DNA of 64,000 nt, taken from NCBI RefSeq assembly GCF_036365525.1, contig NC_090378.1, positions 123,117,593-123,181,592 of the forward strand, given 5' to 3'. Source of the stretch: Heterodontus francisci (lineage: Eukaryota). Below are positions 26,301 to 39,100 of the stretch, in pieces. How positions within the stretch are numbered: the stretch's first letter is position 1; each line of letters starts with the position of its first letter. The notes under the pieces were generated by a model. It did not search any database, was not told the origin of the DNA, and saw nothing but the letters and a program-made list of their open reading frames with translations. A program made the translations under genes and the position numbers.

Positions 26301-29300
26301 GGATTGTGAAGTGTGATGTACCTGAGTACACAGACTGGATTGTGAAGTGTGATGTACCTGAGTACACAGACTGGATTGTGAAGTGTGATGTTCCTGAGTG
26401 CACAGACAGGATTGTGAAGTGTGATGTACCTGAGTTCACAGACTGGATTGTGAAGTGTGATGTACCTGAGTACACAGACTGGATTGTGAAGTGTGATGTA
26501 CCTGAGTACACAGACTGGATTGTGAAGTGTGATGTACCTGTGTACACGGACTGGATTGCGAAGTGTGATGTACCTGAGTACACAGTCTGGATTGTGAAGT
26601 GTTATATACCTGAGTACACAGACTGGATTGTGAAGTGTGATGTACATGAGTGCACAGACTGGATTGTGAAGTGTGATGTACCTGTGTACACGGACTGGAT
26701 TGCGAAGTGAGATGTACCTGAGTACACAGACTGGATTGTGAAGTGTGATGTACCTGAGTACACAGACAGGATTGTGAAGTGTGATGTACCTGAGTACACA
26801 GACTGGATTGTGAAGTGTGATGTACCTGTGTACACGGACTGGATTGCGAAGTGTGATGTACCTGTGTACACAGACAGGATTGTGAAGTGTGATGTACCTG
26901 AGTACACAGACTGGATTGTGAAGTGTGATGTACCTGAGTACACAGACTGGATTGTGAAGTGTGATGTACCTGAGTACACGGACTGGATTGTGAAGTGTGA
27001 TGTACCTGTGTACACGGACTGGATTGCGAAGTGTGATGTACCTGAGTTCACGGACTGGATTGTGAAGTGTGATGTACCTGAGTACACAGACTGGATTGTG
27101 AACGGTGATATACCTGAGTACACAGATTGGATTGTGAACGGTGATGTCTCTGAGTACACAGTCCGTATTGTGAAGTGTGATATACCTGAGTACACAGACT
27201 GGATTGTGAAGTGTGATATACCTGAGTACACAGACTGGATTGTGCAGTGTGATATACCTGAGTACACAGACTGGATGGTGAAGTGTGATGTATCTGAGTA
27301 TACAGACTGGATTGTGAAGTGTGATATACCTGATTACACAGACTGGATTGTGATGTGTGATATACCTGATTACACAGACTGGATTGTGAAGTGTGATGTA
27401 CCTGAGTACTCAGACCGGATTGTGAAGTGTGTTGTACCTGAGTACACAGACTGGATTGTGAATTGTGATGTTCCTGAGTACACAGACCGGATTGTGAAGT
27501 GTGATGTACCTGAGTACACAGACCGGATTGTGAAGTGTGATGTACCTGAGTACACAGACTGGATTGTGAAGTGTGATGTACCTGAGTACGCAGACCGGAT
27601 TGTGAAGTGTGATTTACCTGAGTACACAGACCGGATTGTGAAGAGTGATATACCTGAGTACACAGAATGGATTGTGAAGTGTGATGCACCTGAGTACACA
27701 GACTGGACTGTGAATTGTGATGTACCTGAGTAAGCAGAATGGATTGTGAAGTGTGATGTGCCTGTGTACACAGACTGGATTGTGAAGTGTGATGTTCCTG
27801 AGTGCACAGACAGGATTGTGAAGTGTGATGTACCTGAGTACACAGACTGGATTGTGAAGTGTGATGTACCTGTGTACACAGACTGGATTGTGAAGTGTGA
27901 TGTACCTGAGTACACAGACTGGATTGTGAAGTGTGATGTACCTGTGTACACAGACTGGATTGTGAAGTGTGATGTACCTGTGTGCACAGACTGGATTGTG
28001 AAGTGTGATGTACCTGAGTACACAGACTGGATTGTGAAGTGTGATGTACCTGAGTACTCAGACTGGATTGCGAAGTGTGATGTACCTCAGTACACAGACT
28101 GGATTGTGATGTGTGATGTACCTGAGTACACAGACTGGATTGTGAAGTGTGATATACCTGATTACACAGACTGGATTGTGAAGTGTGATGTACCTGAGTA
28201 CACAGTCTGGATTGTGAAGTGTGATGTATCTGAGTACACAGACTGGATTGTGAAGTGTGATGTACCTGTGTACACGGACTGGATTGCGAAGTGTGATGTA
28301 CCTGAGTACACAGACTGGATTGTGAAGTGTGATGTACCTGAGTACACAGACTGGATTGTGAAATGTGATGTACCTGTGTACACGGACTGGATTGCGAAGT
28401 GTGATGTACCTGTGTACACAGACAGGATTGTGAAGTGTGATGTACCTGAGTACACAGACTGGATTGTGAAGTGTGATGTACCTGAGTACACAGACTGGAT
28501 TGTGAAGTGTGATGTACCTGAGTACACAGACTGGATTGTGAAGTGTGATGTACCTGTGTACACGGACTGGATTGCGAAGTGTGATGTACCTGAGTATGCA
28601 GACTGGATTGTGAAGTGTGATGTTCCTGACTACACAGACTGGATTGTGAAGAGCGATGTAACTGAGTACACAGACTGGATTGTGAAGTGTGATGTACCTG
28701 AGGACACAGACTGGATTGCGAAGTGTGATGTACCTGAGTACACAGTCTGGATTGTGAAGTGTTATATACCTGAGTACACAGACTGGATTGTGAAGTGTGA
28801 TGTACATGAGTGCACAGCCAGGATTGTGAAGTGTGATGTACCTGAGTACACAGACTGGATTGTGAAGTGTGATGTACCTGTGTACACGGACTGGATTGCG
28901 AAGTGAGATGTACCTGAGTACACAGACTGGATTGTGAAGTGTGATGTACCTGAGTACACAGACAGGATTGTGAAGTGTGATGTACCTGAGTACACAGACT
29001 GGATTGTGAAGTGTGATGTACCTGTGTACACGGACTGGATTGTGAAGTGTGATGTACCTGTGTACACAGACAGGATTGTGAAGTGTGATGTACCTGAGTA
29101 CACAGACTGGATTGTGAAGTGTGATGTACCTGAGTACACAGACTGGATTGTGAAGTGTGATGTACCTGAGTACACGGACTGGATTGTGAAGTGTGATGTA
29201 CCTGTGTACACGGACTGGATTGCGAAGTGTGATGTACCTGAGTTCACGGACTGGATTGTGAAGTGTGATGTACCTGAGTACACAGACTGGATTGTGAACG

Positions 29301-32300
29301 GTGATATACCTGAGTACACAGATTGGATTGTGAACGGTGATGTCTCTGAGTACACAGTCCGTATTGTGAAGTGTGATATACCTGAGTACACAGACTGGAT
29401 TGTGAAGTGTGATATACCTGAGTACACAGACTGGATTGTGCAGTGTGATATACCTGAGTACACAGACTGGATGGTGAAGTGTGATGTATCTGAGTATACA
29501 GACTGGATTGTGAAGTGTGATATACCTGATTACACAGACTGGATTGTGATGTGTGATATACCTGATTACACAGACTGGATTGTGAAGTGTGATGTACCTG
29601 AGTACTCAGACCGGATTGTGAAGTGTGTTGTACCTGAGTACACAGACTGGATTGTGAATTGTGATGTTCCTGAGTACACAGACCGGATTGTGAAGTGTGA
29701 TGTACCTGAGTACACAGACCGGATTGTGAAGTGTGATGTACCTGAGTACACAGACTGGATTGTGAAGTGTGATGTACCTGAGTACGCAGACCGGATTGTG
29801 AAGTGTGATTTACCTGAGTACACAGACCGGATTGTGAAGAGTGATGTACCTGAGTACACAGAATGGATTGTGAAGTGTGATGCACCTGAGTACACAGACT
29901 GGACTGTGAATTGTGATGTACCTGAGTAAGCAGAATGGATTGTGAAGTGTGATGTGCCTGTGTACACAGACTGGATTGTGAAGTGTGATGTTCCTGAGTG
30001 CACAGACAGGATTGTGAAGTGTGATGTACCTGAGTACACAGACTGGATTGTGAAGTGTGATGTACCTGTGTACACAGACTGGATTGTGAAGTGTGATGTA
30101 CCTGAGTACACAGACTGGATTGTGAAGTGTGATGTACCTGTGTACACAGACTGGATTGTGAAGTGTGATGTACCTGTGTGCACAGACTGGATTGTGAAGT
30201 GTGATGTACCTGAGTACACAGACTGGATTGTGAAGTGTGATGTACCTGAGTACTCAGACTGGATTGCGAAGTGTGATGTACCTCAGTACACAGACTGGAT
30301 TGTGATGTGTGATGTACCTGAGTACACAGACTGGATTGTGAAGTGTGATATACCTGATTACACAGACTGGATTGTGAAGTGTGATGTACCTGAGTACACA
30401 GTCTGGATTGTGAAGTGTGATGTATCTGAGTACACAGACTGGATTGTGAAGTGTGATGTACCTGTGTACACGGACTGGATTGCGAAGTGTGATGTACCTG
30501 AGTACACAGACTGGATTGTGAAGTGTGATGTACCTGAGTACACAGACTGGATTGTGAAATGTGATGTACCTGTGTACACGGACTGGATTGCGAAGTGTGA
30601 TGTACCTGTGTACACAGACAGGATTGTGAAGTGTGATGTACCTGAGTACACAGACTGGATTGTGAAGTGTGATGTACCTGAGTACACAGACTGGATTGTG
30701 AAGTGTGATGTACCTGAGTACACAGACTGGATTGTGAAGTGTGATGTACCTGTGTACACGGACTGGATTGCGAAGTGTGATGTACCTGAGTATGCAGACT
30801 GGATTGTGAAGTGTGATGTTCCTGACTACACAGACTGGATTGTGAAGAGCGATGTAACTGAGTACACAGACTGGATTGTGAAGTGTGATGTACCTGAGGA
30901 CACAGACTGGATTGTGAAGTGTGATGTACCTGAGTACACAGACTGGATTGTGAAGTGTGATGTACCTGAGTTCACGGACTGGATTGTGAAGTGTGATGTA
31001 CCTGAGTACACAGACTGGATTGTGAACGGTGATATACCTGAGTACACAGATTGGATTGTGAACGGTGATGTCTCTGAGTACACAGTCCGTATTGTGAAGT
31101 GTGATATACCTGAGTACACAGACTGGATTGTGAAGTGTGATATCCCTGAGTACACAGACTGGATTGTGCAGTGTGATATACCTGAGTACACAGACTGGAT
31201 TGTGAAGTGTGATATACCTGATTACACAGACTGGATTGTGAAGTGTGATGTACCTGAGTACACAGACTGGATTGTGAAGTGTGATATACCTGATTACACA
31301 GACTGGATTGTGAAGTGTGATATACCTGATTACACAGACTGGATTGTGAAGTGTGATGTACCTGAGTACACAGACTGGATTGTGAAGTGTGATATACCTG
31401 ATTACACAGACTGGATTGTGAAGTGTGATGTACCTGAGTACACAGACTGGATTGTGAAGTGTGATGTATCTGAGTACACAGACTGGATTGTGAAGTGTGA
31501 TATACCTGATTACACAGACTGGATTGTGAAGTGTGATATACCTGATTACACAGACTGGATTGTGAAGTGTGATGTACCTGAGTTCACGGACTGGATTGTG
31601 AAGTGTGATGTATCTGAGTTCACGGACTGGATTGTGAAGTGTGATGTACCCGAGTACACAGACTGGATTGTGAAGTGTGATGTATCTGAGTTCACGGACT
31701 GGATTGTGAAGTGTGATGTATCTGAGTACACAGACCGGATTGTGAAGTGTGATGTATCTGAGTACACAGACTGGATTGTGAAGTGTGATGTACCTGAGTA
31801 CACAGACTGGATTGTGAAGTGTGATATACCTGATTACACAGACTGGATTGTGAAGTGTGATGTACCTGAGTACACAGACTGGATTGTGAAGTGTGATGTA
31901 CCTGAGTACACAGACTGGATTGTGAAGTGTGATATACCTGATTACACAGACTGGATTGTGAAGTGTGATATACCTGATTACACAGACTGGATTGTGAAGT
32001 GTGATGTACCTGAGTACACAGACTGGATTGTGAAGTGTGATATACCTGATTACACAGACTGGATTGTGAAGTGTGATGTACCTGAGTACACAGACTGGAT
32101 TGTGAAGTGTGATGTATCTGAGTACACAGACTGGATTGTGAAGTGTGATATACCTGATTACACAGACTGGATTGTGAAGTGTGATATACCTGATTACACA
32201 GACTGGATTGTGAAGTGTGATGTACCTGAGTACACAGACTGGATTGTGAAGTGTGATATACCTGATTACACAGACTGGATTGTGAAGTGTGATGTATCTG

Positions 32301-32891
32301 AGTTCACGGACTGGATTGTGAAGTGTGATGTATCTGAGTTCACGGACTGGATTGTGAAGTGTGATGTACCCGAGTACACAGACTGGATTGTGAAGTGTGA
32401 TGTATCTGAGTTCACGGACTGGATTGTGAAGTGTGATGTATCTGAGTACACAGACCGGATTGTGAAGTGTGATGTATCTGAGTACACAGACTGGATTGTG
32501 AAGTGTGATGTACCTGAGTACACAGACTGGATTGTGAAGTGTGATGTACCTGAGTACACAGACTGGATTGTGAAGTGTGATGTACCTGAGTACACAGACT
32601 GGATTGTGAAGTGTGATGTACCTGATTACACAGACTGGATTGTGAAGTGTGATGTACCTGAGTACACAGACTGGATTGTGAAGTGTGATGTACCTGAGTA
32701 CACAGACTGGATTGTGAAGTGTGATGTACCTGAGTACACAGACTGGATTGTGAAGTGTGATGTATCTGAGTACACAGACTTTATTGTGAAGTGTGATGTA
32801 CCTGAGTACACAGACTGGATTGTGAAGTGTGATATACCTGATTACACAGACTGGATTGTGAAGTGTGATGTACCTGAGTACACAGACTGGA
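11391..32891. repeat. 36-bp minisatellite, ~597 copies (ACTGGATTGTGAAGTGTGATGTACCTGAGTACACAG)
   Basis: Direct reading. The span 32886-11391 = 597x36+3, with 1-bp insertions near 11940, 13453 and 14029. Higher-order periods of 8244, 2664/2736 and 2196 bp. Confidence 0.99.
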
Positions 32892-32928
32892 GAGCAGAGA
32901 GAGGGCTCCCAGGGTTCCCAATGTGACA
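32874..32928 (-). pseudogene. Candidate 55-nt exon C; its 3' end and donor form the first 36-bp repeat unit
   Basis: ttttctcctcctttgtaactattcttttcatgtctccag|TGTCAC...GTACTCAG|gtacat. Open in all frames: CHIGNPGSPLSALQSVYS, VTLGTLGALSLLSSLCTQ, or SHWEPWEPSLCSPVCVL. Confidence 0.5.
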
Positions 32929-32984
32929 CTGGAGACATGAAAAGAATAGTTACAAAGGAGGAGAAAATCAATGTTTGCACAAGG

Positions 32985-34186
32985 TGCCAGGAGACCCTCA
33001 AAGCAAAACGCTGAGAAGAGAATGGGCGCGGTGACCAGGGAGGTCAATTCCTGCAGTCTGGACCTGAGGACCTGACAGTAATGTCGCGGGAAGTTCAGTG
33101 ACCTCTCAGGGGTGGTCAAGGTCAGTGAATGTATCTTCACAGGACATCTCCCACCAAGCACAGCACCAACCTCTCCTGCTGCTCATTGTACCAGACCCCC
33201 ATCACTCACCCAGTAACAATCCCTGGCACTCAGGATTCACTCCTGACAGTCAGATTCTCCACCTCATCCTCACACTCCCACCAATGCCTCCTGACCACCC
33301 CGCACACACCCCACCCTCCCCCCACTCCGAGGATCCATAATGTCTTTCTTCCTAACCACCTTCACCGCTGACGCCTCCAGCATCACATCCATCATGCCAG
33401 CATTCAGTTTGAAACCATTTCAATTGCATTAATATTATTCAGTTCAGATTTCCTTTAAAAGGGACAGCCTGCCGTTAAGAAGAGCAGGTTGACTGCAAAA
33501 CATGGGTCAGGAGTTTATCCAGGTGACAGGGTCCCGACTCCAGCAAAAGACCCACCAAGAGCCCCACGTTTCTCCTTCTGTGAGAGGCTCACCAAATAAA
33601 GTACCAATTAGGCGCGTAACTGGACAGCAGTGGACCTTTCACGGGATCAAGGACCACACTGAAGTCCCGCCCTCTGAGAACTGCCAGCCAATCAGAGGAA
33701 CTGAGCAACGCCACAGTGGAGGCAGTGGCTGCTGACAGTGGAGAACCAACCCGAGGCCTCGGAGCGGTGCAGGAACCAGGTCACAGGTAGGTCAGGGCAG
33801 GAGTGGTTCCGCGGGGTGGGGGTCATATGGGAGAGGTGTGTCGGGGGGTCAGCATCAAGGGAAGGGGGGTTGACTCTCAGCGGGCCCCCATTCCCGATGC
33901 TGGGTTCCGTGTTCAGGCACGAAGTGTCTTTTAACAAGGGACTCTCCCCTCCCCAAACGGAGCCAGGAAGCAACTCGCACGGTTTTTCTTGTCATGCTCC
34001 CCGTGTGGCGACAGGCCCCGCCCACAGCTGGGCTAATTGTGGTGGCAGTGCAATGAGGTAATTGGGAATTAATTACCCTCTAAAGGGCCTTAATTGGCGG
34101 TGGTCCCTCCCCCGTCACCATCCCACCCCATTATCGGCTCTCCCACCTCCAAACCCGCCATGGGGAGGGAATAAAACTCCCCCCAT
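32985..34186 (+). mobile_element. Harbinger-like Myb/SANT fragment plus the end of a non-autonomous element
   Basis: Decayed EVN...RT..CRGKFSDLSGVVK|gtcagt at ~33040-33120, homologous to 2020-2091. Terminal 'taaaactccccc' at ~34172-34184 resembles the other MITE ends in the window. Confidence 0.6.
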
Positions 34187-34436
34187 GGTTTGTGAACAAC
34201 ACGACTGGGACCGCCTGAGGAACACAGAGACTGTCATCAGTGTCTGTAAACAATTTCTAATCATCTTGTTCACATCTTGTTTACTCAATTCTGCTTTTTG
34301 GTAAAATATAAAATCTACATCTCAACATTGTCCAACTTTAGCACAGCCTGTCTGTATATATTATTCAGCAGGATATATCTTCACTGAGAAGGAGACCTTT
34401 TTAACTATAATAATGACACATCTCTGATAATCATCT

Positions 34437-34490
34437 TCATAATTCTTTTATTGTATCTTTCATCCATTCTGTGTTTATTTGCAGAAAGCT
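34437..34490 (-). pseudogene. Candidate terminal coding exon (SFLQINTEWMKDTIKEL*)
   Basis: Acceptor ctgatctccatccctccctccag| with a branch-like A at -20; phase 0, matching the end of exon B. An alternative acceptor at 36044 is also possible. Confidence 0.45.
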
Positions 34491-34492
34491 CT

Positions 34493-36031
34493 GGAGGGAG
34501 GGATGGAGATCAGATAGAGGGAGGGATGGAGCTCAGATAGAGGGAGGGATGGAGATCAGATAGAGGGAGGGATGGAGCTCAGATAGAGGGAGGGATGGAG
34601 CTCAGATAGAGGGAGGGATGGAGATCAGATAGAGGGAGGGATGGAGATCAGATAGAGGGAGGGATGGAGATCAGATAGAGGGAGGGATGGAGATCAGATA
34701 GAGGGAGGGATGGAGCTCAGATAGAGGGAGGGATGGAGATCAGATAGAGGGAGGGATGGAGCTCAGATAGAGGGAGGGATGGAGCTCAGATAGAGGGAGG
34801 GATGGAGATCAGATAGAGGGAGGGATGGAGATCAGATAGAGGGAGGGATGGAGCTCAGATAGAGGGAGGGATGCAGCTCAGATAGAGGGAGGGATGGAGC
34901 TCAGATAGAAGGAGGGATGGAGATCAGATAGAGGGAGGGATGGAGTTCAGATAGAAGGAGGGATGGAGCTCAGATAGAGGGAGGGATGGAGATTAGATAG
35001 AGGGAGGGATGGAGCTCAGATAGAGGGAGGGATGGAGATCAGTTAGAGGGAGGGATGGAGATCAGATAGAGGGAGGAATGGAGATCAGATAGAGGGAGGG
35101 ATGGAGATCAGATAGAGGGAGGGATGGAGATCAGATAGAGGGAGGGATGGAGATCAGATAGAGGGAGGGATGGAGTTCAGATAGAGGGAGGGATGGAGAT
35201 CAGATAGAGGGAGGGATGGAGATCAGATAGAGGGAGGGATGGAGCTCAGATAGAGGGAGGGATGGAGATCAGATAGAGGGAGGGATGGAGATCAGATAGA
35301 GGGAGGGATGGAGCTCAGATAGAGGGAGGGATGGAGCTCAGATAGAGGGAGGGATGGAGATCAGATAGAGGGAGGGATGGAGATCAGATAGAGGGAGGGA
35401 TGGAGGTCAGATAGAGGGAGGGATGGAGCTCAGATAGAGGGAGGGATGGAGATCAGATAGAGGGAGGGATGGAGATCAGATAGAGGGAGGGATGGAGCTC
35501 AGATAGAGGGAGGGATGGAGATCAGACAGAGGGAGGGATGGAGCTCAGATATAGGGAGGGATGGAGATCAGATAGAGGGAGGGATGGAGCTCAGATAGAG
35601 GGAGGGATGGAGGTCAGATAGAGGGAGGGATGGAGATCAGATAGAGGGAGGGATGGAGATCAGATAGAGGGAGGGATGGAGGTCAGATAGAGGGAGGGAT
35701 GGAGATCAGATAGAGGGAGGGATGGAGCTCAGATAGAGGGAGGGATGGAGATCAGATAGAGGGAGGGATGGAGGTCAGATAGAGGGAGGGATGGAGATCA
35801 GATAGAGGGAGGGATGGAGGTCAGATAGAGGGAGGGATGGAGGTCAGATAGAGGGAGGGATGGAGATCAGATAGAGGGAGGGATGGAGGTCAGATAGAGG
35901 GAGGGATGGAGGTCAGATAGAGGAAGGGATGGAGGTCAGATAGAGGGAGGGATGGAGATCAGATAGAGGGAGGGATAGAGCTCAGATAGAGAGAGGGATG
36001 GAGGTCAGATAGAGGGAGGAATGGAGGTCAG
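34493..36031. repeat. 23-bp minisatellite, ~67 copies (GAGGGAGGGATGGAG[A/C/G]TCAGATA)
   Basis: Direct reading; purine-rich on + and pyrimidine-rich on -. Confidence 0.98.
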
Positions 36032-36139
36032 GGAGGTGTGTATCTGAGAGAAAAGAGGATGTCTCTTCACCAATCCATGCAGCTCCCTTATCCCCCATCC
36101 TGAGGACAGGCTCCACGATTACAGTTTGATGGTTTTCAC

Positions 36140-36180
36140 CTTGTACTTTTTACTGATATGATGGATGAACGGAGCCCTGG
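36140..36180 (-). pseudogene. Candidate 41-nt exon B ((A)RAPFIHHISKKYK, or (D)RAQFIHHISKKYK using the 49588 start)
   Basis: cagtctctag|CCAGGGCTCCGTTCATCCATCATATCAGTAAAAAGTACAAG|gtgaaa; phase 1 to 0. The acceptor and first half are a 32-bp repeat unit. Confidence 0.45.
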
Positions 36181-39100
36181 CTAGAGACTGCACTGGATGA
36201 ATGGAGCCCTGGCTGGAGACTGCACTGGATGAATGGAGCCCTGACTGGAGACTGCAAAGGATGAATGGAGCCTTGGCTGGAGACTGCACTGGATGAATGG
36301 AGCCCTGGCTGGAGACTGCACTGGATGAATGGAGCCCTGGCTAGAGACTGCACTGGATGAATGGAGCCCTGGCTAGAGACTGCACTGGATGAATGGAGCC
36401 CAGGCTGGAGACTGCACTGGATGAATGGAGCCCTTGCTAGAGACTGCACTGGATGAATGGAGCCCTGGCTGGAGACTGCACTGGATGAATGGAGCCCTGG
36501 CTAGAGACTGCACTGGATGAATGGAGCCCTGACTGGAGACGGCACTGGATGAATCGAATGCTGGCTGAAGACTGAACTGGATGAATGGAGCCCTGACTGG
36601 AGAAGGCACTGGATGAACGGAGCCCTGACTGGAGACTGCACTGGATGAATGCAGCCTTGACCAGAGACTGCACTGGATGAATGGAGCCCTGGCTAGAGAC
36701 TGCACTGGATGAATGGAGCCCTGGCTGAAAAATAAACTGGATGAATGGAGCCCTGACTGGAGACGGCACTAGATGAATCGAGCCCTGGCTGAAGACTGAA
36801 CTGGATGAATGGAGCCCTGGCTGGAGACTGCACTGGATGAATAGAGCCCTGGATAGAGACTGCATTGGATGAATGGAGCCATGGCTGGAGACTGCAATGG
36901 ATGAATGGAGCCTTGGCTGGAGACTGCACTGGATGAATGGAGCTCTGGCTGGAGACTGCACTGGATGAATGGAGCCCTGACTGGAGACTGCACTGGATGA
37001 ATGGAGCCCTGACTGGAGACTGCACTGGATGAATGGAGCCCTGGCTGGAGACTGCACTGGATGAATGGAGCTCTGGCTGGAGACTGCACTGGATGAATGG
37101 AGCCCTGACTGGAGACTGCACTGGATGAATGGAGCCCTGACTGGAGACTGCACTGGATGAATGGAGCCCTGGCTGGAGACTGCACTGGATGAATGGAGCC
37201 CTGGCTAGAGACTGCACTGGATGAATGGAGCATTGGCTGGAGACGGCACTGGATGAATGGAGCCCTGGCTGGAGACTGCACTGGATGAATGGAGCCCTGG
37301 CTGGAGACTGCACTGGATGAATGGAGCCCTGGCTGGAGACTGAACTGGATGAATGGAGCCCTGACTGGAGACGGCACTGGATGAACGGAGCCCTGACTGG
37401 AGACGGCACTGGATGAATGGAGCCCTGGCTGGAGACTGCACTGGATGAATGGAGCCTTGACCGGAGACTGCACTGGATGAATGGAGCCCTGGCTGGAGAC
37501 TGCACTGGATGAATGGAGCCCTGACTGGAGACGGCACTGGATGAATCGAGCCCTGACTGAAGACTGAACTGGATGAATGGAGCCCTGACTGGAGACTGCA
37601 CTGGATGAACGGAGCCCTGACTGGAAACTGCACTGGATGAATGGAGCCTTGACCGGCGACTGCACTGGATGAATGGAGCCCTGGCTGGAGACTGCACTAT
37701 ATGAATGGAGCCGTGGTTAGAGACTACATTGGATAATTGGAGCCATGGCTGGAAACTGCACTGGATGAATGGAGCCTTGGCTGGAGACTGCACTGGATGA
37801 ATGGAGCTCTGGCTGGAGACTGCACTGGATGAATGGAGCCCTGGCTAAGGACTGCACTGGATGAATGGAGCCCTGACTGGAGACTGCACTGGATGAATGG
37901 AGCCCTGGCTGGAGACTGCACTGGATGAATGGAGCCCTGGCGAGAGACTGCACTGGATGAATGGAGCCTTGGCTGGAGACGGCACTGGATGAATGGAGCC
38001 CTGGCTGGAGACTGCACTGGATGAATGGAGCCCTGGCTAGAGACTGCACTGGATGAATGGAGCCCTGGCTCGAGACTGCACTGGATGAATGGAGCCCTGA
38101 CTGGAGAATGCACTGGATGAATTGAACCCTGGCTGAAGACTGAACTGGATGAACGGAGCCCTGACTGGAGACTGCACTGGATGAATGGAGCCCTGGCTGC
38201 AGACTGCACTGGATGAATGGAGCCCTGGCTGGAGACGGCACTGGATGAATGGAGCCCTGGCTAGAGACTGCACTGGATGAATGGAGCCCTGGCTGGAGAC
38301 GGCACTGGATGAATGGAGCCCTGGCTAGAGACTGCACTGGATGAATGGAGCCCTGACTGGAGACGGCACTGGATGAATCAAGCCCTGGCTAGAGATTGAA
38401 CTGGATGAATGGAGCCCTGACTGGAGACTGCACTGGATGAATGGAGCCTTGACCGGAGACTGCACTGGATGAATGGAGCCCTGGCTGGAGACTGCACTGG
38501 ATGAATGGAGCCCTGGCTGAAGACTGAACTGCATGAATGGAGCCCTGACTGGAGACGGCACTGGATGAATCGAGCCCTGGCAGAAGACTGAACTGGATGA
38601 ATGGTGCCCTGACTGGAGACTGCACTGGATGAATGGAGCCCTGACTGGAGACTGCACTGGATGAATGGAGCCTTGACCGGAGACTGCACTGGATGAATGG
38701 AGCCCTGGATGGAGACTGCACTGGATGAATGGAGCCCTGGCTGAAGACTGAACCGAATGAATGGAGCCCTGACTGCAGACGGCACTGGATGAATGGAGCC
38801 CTGGCTGAAGACTGAACTGGATGAATGGAGCCCTGGCTGGAGACTGCACTGGATGAATGGAGCCCTGGCTAGAGACTGCATTGGATGAATGGAGCCATGG
38901 CTGGAGACTGCACTGGATGAATGGAGCCTTGGCTAGAGACGGCACTGGATGAATGGAGCCCTGGCTGGAGACTGCACTGGATGAATGGAGCTCTGGCTGG
39001 AGACTGCACTGGATGAATGGAGCCCTGGCAGGAGACTGCACTGGATGAATGGAGCCCTGACCATAGACTGCACTGGATGAATGGAGCCCTGGTTAGAGAT

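Noticed and set aside
11366-32926. Long + strand ORFs of (KCDVPEYTDWIV)n up to 1123 aa as a repeat protein
   Set aside because: They follow automatically from a stop-free 36-bp unit. Four frames are open, variants are mostly non-synonymous, stops and frameshifts are scattered, and there is no credible start or unique domain.
34437-34500. IL-5-like C-terminus (LQSFLQINTEW)
   Set aside because: Short gapped resemblance only; exon phases and sizes do not fit the phase-0, four-exon short-chain cytokine layout.
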